From Pelomyxa schiedti (lineage: Eukaryota; Protista; Evosea), in contig JAHLWZ010000225.1 in NCBI GenBank assembly GCA_020536535.1, forward strand, positions 1 through 64,000: a stretch of 64,000 bases of DNA, given 5' to 3'. Made by a program: the position numbers and the translations under genes. Below are positions 60,983-64,000 of the stretch, in pieces (the stretch's first letter is position 1; every line of letters starts with the position of its first letter). Below the pieces are notes generated by a model. That model did not search any database. It was not told the origin of the DNA and was given only the letters and a program-made list of their open reading frames with translations.

Positions 60983-61851
60983 ATGAGCCAAACAGAGGCC
61001 ATTGCCAATGTGATAGTGTCACCCAACACACTGTGGATGATATCAGTGATGGTATCACTGCTTCCCCTGTTTGCACGGGCCTATTTGTGGATGAAGCCTG
61101 ACAGGAGGACATCATCACTTCTGCCTCAGCACCTCAGTCCTGGCTCATCCCCATTGTCACTGTCCTCAGAATCATCAGAATACGGTAGGGATGAGAGGGG
61201 ACTGAAGACTGGGAACAATAACAATAATGATGGGAGCGGTGGGTGCGGGGCGGAGTCGTGCGTGAGAGGCGTGATGAGGATTCTGGCCGGCAGGATTCCG
61301 TTGGTCCCAGAGTGGGCGAAAAAGTCAGTGTTTGAGTTGGTGTTGGTGTCACAGGGGGGTGTAACCAATAGAAGGCAGGGTGGGGGCCTGAGGGGTTGTG
61401 TGCAGAGGATAATCACACCAATGAGGTGCCTGGGAGTTATCTTCCTGCTCATTGGAGTGCTTTGCGCTTTCTCGGCAGAGGGTCTATTTTCGGATCATGG
61501 GTTCACTCCGGAGCACGGTTCGTGTTTCGACCGATTCTTTTTCATTGTGTTGCTTTGGGTTTTTGTCGATCTAACGTATTGTATTGCTGTTGTTTAGGGG
61601 ATACTGTGAAGTCGTTGATTGTGGAGGGAATATATCAGTACACCAGGAATCCAATATATGTTGGGGCCATCTGTGCAGACTTGGGCCTTGGCTTCGTAAT
61701 CGATACGCCCTTTGTGATTCTTTACTCAGTTGGCTACTGGGCTTACCTAGAGTTCTATGTGATTCCCATAGAGGAGAAAGTTCTCACACTTGTCTTTGGA
61801 GATCAGTACAAGCAATATGTTGCCACCACCAGCAGATGGTTGTTTTTCTAA
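60983..61851 (+). CDS. Ste14/ICMT-PEMT-like integral membrane methyltransferase
   Basis: LIVEGIYQYTRNPIYVG and IPIEEKVLTLVFGDQYKQYVATTSRW; one intron (about 61515-61597) joins the two ORFs (EH|GDTVKS). Confidence 0.85.
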
Positions 61852-61998
61852 AAACGTTAATTTAATTTTGGTTCGGTTGACATTGTCACCACTCCCCTGC
61901 CCTTTTTCGAAAGCCCCCCCCCCAAGAAAAGCGCATTTTTTTAAAAACAAAGGCTTCTTCTTTAGACCCTTTTCTGCGTTTTTGTCTGGTGAAGGCGG

Positions 61999-62306
61999 AT
62001 GGCAACAACGTGCGACGGTGCGAGTGCTACGACAACGACACCGGGAGGTGAACCGCGTGCCAAGCTGATGCTCATCAAAGGCGGCACGGTGGTGACCGAC
62101 GACCAGGTGGTTCTTGCTGATGTGCTGGTGTCCAATGGCCGTGTGGCGGCCGTTATTCCCGTTGCTTTGCAGACGCCACACGAAGTGCCACACGGCGTGC
62201 AGGTGGTGGACGCGACGTCGATGCTGGTGTTTTGCGGCGGCGTGGATCCACATGTGCACTTGGAGTATCCTCAGGGTCCAAATAAGGTCTGCGCCGTGCT
62301 TGCACT

Positions 62307-62344
<38 letters not shown>

Positions 62345-63982
62345 ACATTTTGTATTGTGGAGGGCGAATACTGTGTTTATGAAATGACTTTATTGGGATT
62401 ATGTGCGTCTAACACTTGGTGGTGGGAAGATTTACAGCTGTGATGACTTCCACACTGGGAGTGTGGCTGCTGCTCTTGGAGGGACCACTTTCTTCATAGA
62501 CTTTGTGGAAGCCAAGCAGGGTGAGACTTTAGCACAGGCACTTCAGGCTCGCTCCGCGGCGGCAGCCCAGAAGAGTGTCCTAGATTTCTCTTTTCATATG
62601 ACATTCAATCGTGTGGATCAACAAACACTGAGTGAAGTTCCAGACATAATCAAAGCTGGTGTGCCACTTTGGTAGACGTCTATGAGTGCCTCATCCCTTC
62701 CAGGTGTGTCTTCATGGAAAATTTATACTGCATACGATGGAATTCGATTGCGTGACAACGAGTTTCTAATTGCTTTGGACACACTACGCGCTTGTGGCGG
62801 GCTTCCTATTGTTCATGCAGAGAACCATGACCTTATAATGCACAGACTTGCCCAATACAAGTCAATGACTCCGCCTGTGTCTCCTGTCTACCATCCACTT
62901 ACAAGGCCTGTTGAAGTGCGTCCCAACAAATAACTCTGATTATTTACGGTGATTTGTAGGGAGAAGTTGAGGCTACCACAAGGGCACTTCTTCTTGCTGA
63001 ATCTGCTAAAGTTGGGGCTGGGATACACATCGTCCATGTGAGTGCGGCTCGAGCCATACCAGTTATTCGGTACAAGAATTTGGCCATTTCTCTTCACTAA
63101 AGGGATAAAGACGCCAGCAGTGGCTTGTAGGGTCTCCTTTGGGACCTGTGACGGGAGAAGTCTGTGCACACCACCTTGTTCTTGATGACTCGAAGTATAA
63201 ACTTCCGCCTAAGGAGGCAGCGAATTTCGTTTGTGCTCCTCCCATCCGGGCCGAAACTGATGTCAAGTGAGTTTCAACTTCTTGTGTTCCATTTTTACAC
63301 TCCTTTATGTAGAGGTATGTGGGACGCACTTGCTGAAGGGACCCTCGGATTTGTTGTTACTGATCATTGTCCATTCACTTCACAACAGAGACTGGGTCAA
63401 CGCAGGACACCTGAATTTCGTTGGAACTATGCAACAGGTCTCACAGCATAAATGCATTCACTTCATAGTTATGCAACCAACAGGTGAAAAAGTGCCGTCA
63501 CCTGCTGAGGAACCCTGGTCCGAAAGCATGCCCTCATTCTTCCAGATGCCCGGTGGTGTAGCAGGGATAGAGACAAGAGTAGCTCTGACTTATCACTATG
63601 CAGTCAATGTCAACAAGTTTCCATTGCCCCATTTCGTGCGTTTGATAAGGTAATGTCTCTGTACCACACTATGACTAACCATGGGCCATGCAGTACAATG
63701 GCAGCCAAGCGCTTTGGAGTGTACCCCAAAAAAGGTAGCCTCCAAGAAGGCGCCGACGCCGATATTGTAATATTCGACCCCAACAAGACTGTAACGATAA
63801 CACACGGAGGCCTCCACCAGAACTGTGACCATACTCCATTCGAAGGCATACAAGTGCAAGGCTGGGTTGACAGTGTCATCGTTGGCGGGGAGCTAGCAGT
63901 CTCCCACGGCCACGTCACGGAGTCCTTCGTCAATCATCGCGGATCCTTTATCCCAAGGCCCATTGCTTCTTCCTCTTCATAG
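61999..63982 (+). CDS. DPYS: Dihydropyrimidinase / D-hydantoinase (amidohydrolase superfamily)
   Basis: LIKGGTVV, GGVDPHVH, AAALGGTT, SWKIY (carbamylated Lys position), VHAEN, IHIVHVS, ETCPHH, FVCAPPIR, VTDHCPF, PGGVAGIETR, PKKGSLQEGADADIVIFDP. Confidence 0.93.
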
Positions 63983-64000
63983 TCAGCCACAACAAAAAAA

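Noticed and set aside
62308-62337. Long poly-T tract (and similar runs at about 54588-54602 and 58910-58926)
   Set aside because: Intronic polypyrimidine tracts with no flanking duplication, so not retroposon tails.
1-64000. tRNA, rRNA, snoRNA and CRISPR arrays; genome-wide stop-codon reassignment
   Set aside because: GTTCGA hits (e.g. 27011, 34387, 36670) lack cloverleaf context, and no regularly spaced repeats were seen. Conserved genes translate cleanly with the standard code once introns are removed.

Overview
Gene-dense eukaryotic genomic DNA with about 25 protein-coding loci, most split by many short (roughly 30-90 nt) GT-AG introns. I found no rRNA, tRNA, CRISPR array or intact transposon. 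From gene content, intron style and orphan-family motifs I infer an amoebozoan, probably an archamoeba (Pelomyxa-like); this is not verified. Recognisable genes: a giant DUF3638/DUF3645 SF2-ATPase-like protein with UBA, RanBP2 zinc fingers and EF-hands; a GPR107/TMEM87-like 7TM protein; a LIM protein; carboxypeptidase Q; an ELO elongase; a PH-ADP-ribosyltransferase fusion; RRP43; TSR3; a dCache-PDE receptor; two paralogous ankyrin-like proteins; a PQ-loop transporter; a BAR-RhoGEF-PH-RhoGAP-PH protein; ALG8; a Ste14/PEMT-like methyltransferase; and dihydropyrimidinase. The most notable signal is a stand-alone, intron-containing GIY-YIG endonuclease gene (34019-34970). Its motifs and spacing match the Penelope-like-element type, but it has no reverse transcriptase and sits head-to-head with TSR3. 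Other highlights: an E-x-E arginine-type ART fused to a PH domain, a 40-bp hairpin whose 3' arm lies between 15-bp direct repeats, CpG-island-like GC peaks at gene 5' ends, and a recurrent GTGACA upstream motif. Exon structures were assembled by eye, so gene limits are approximate, and no database search was run.
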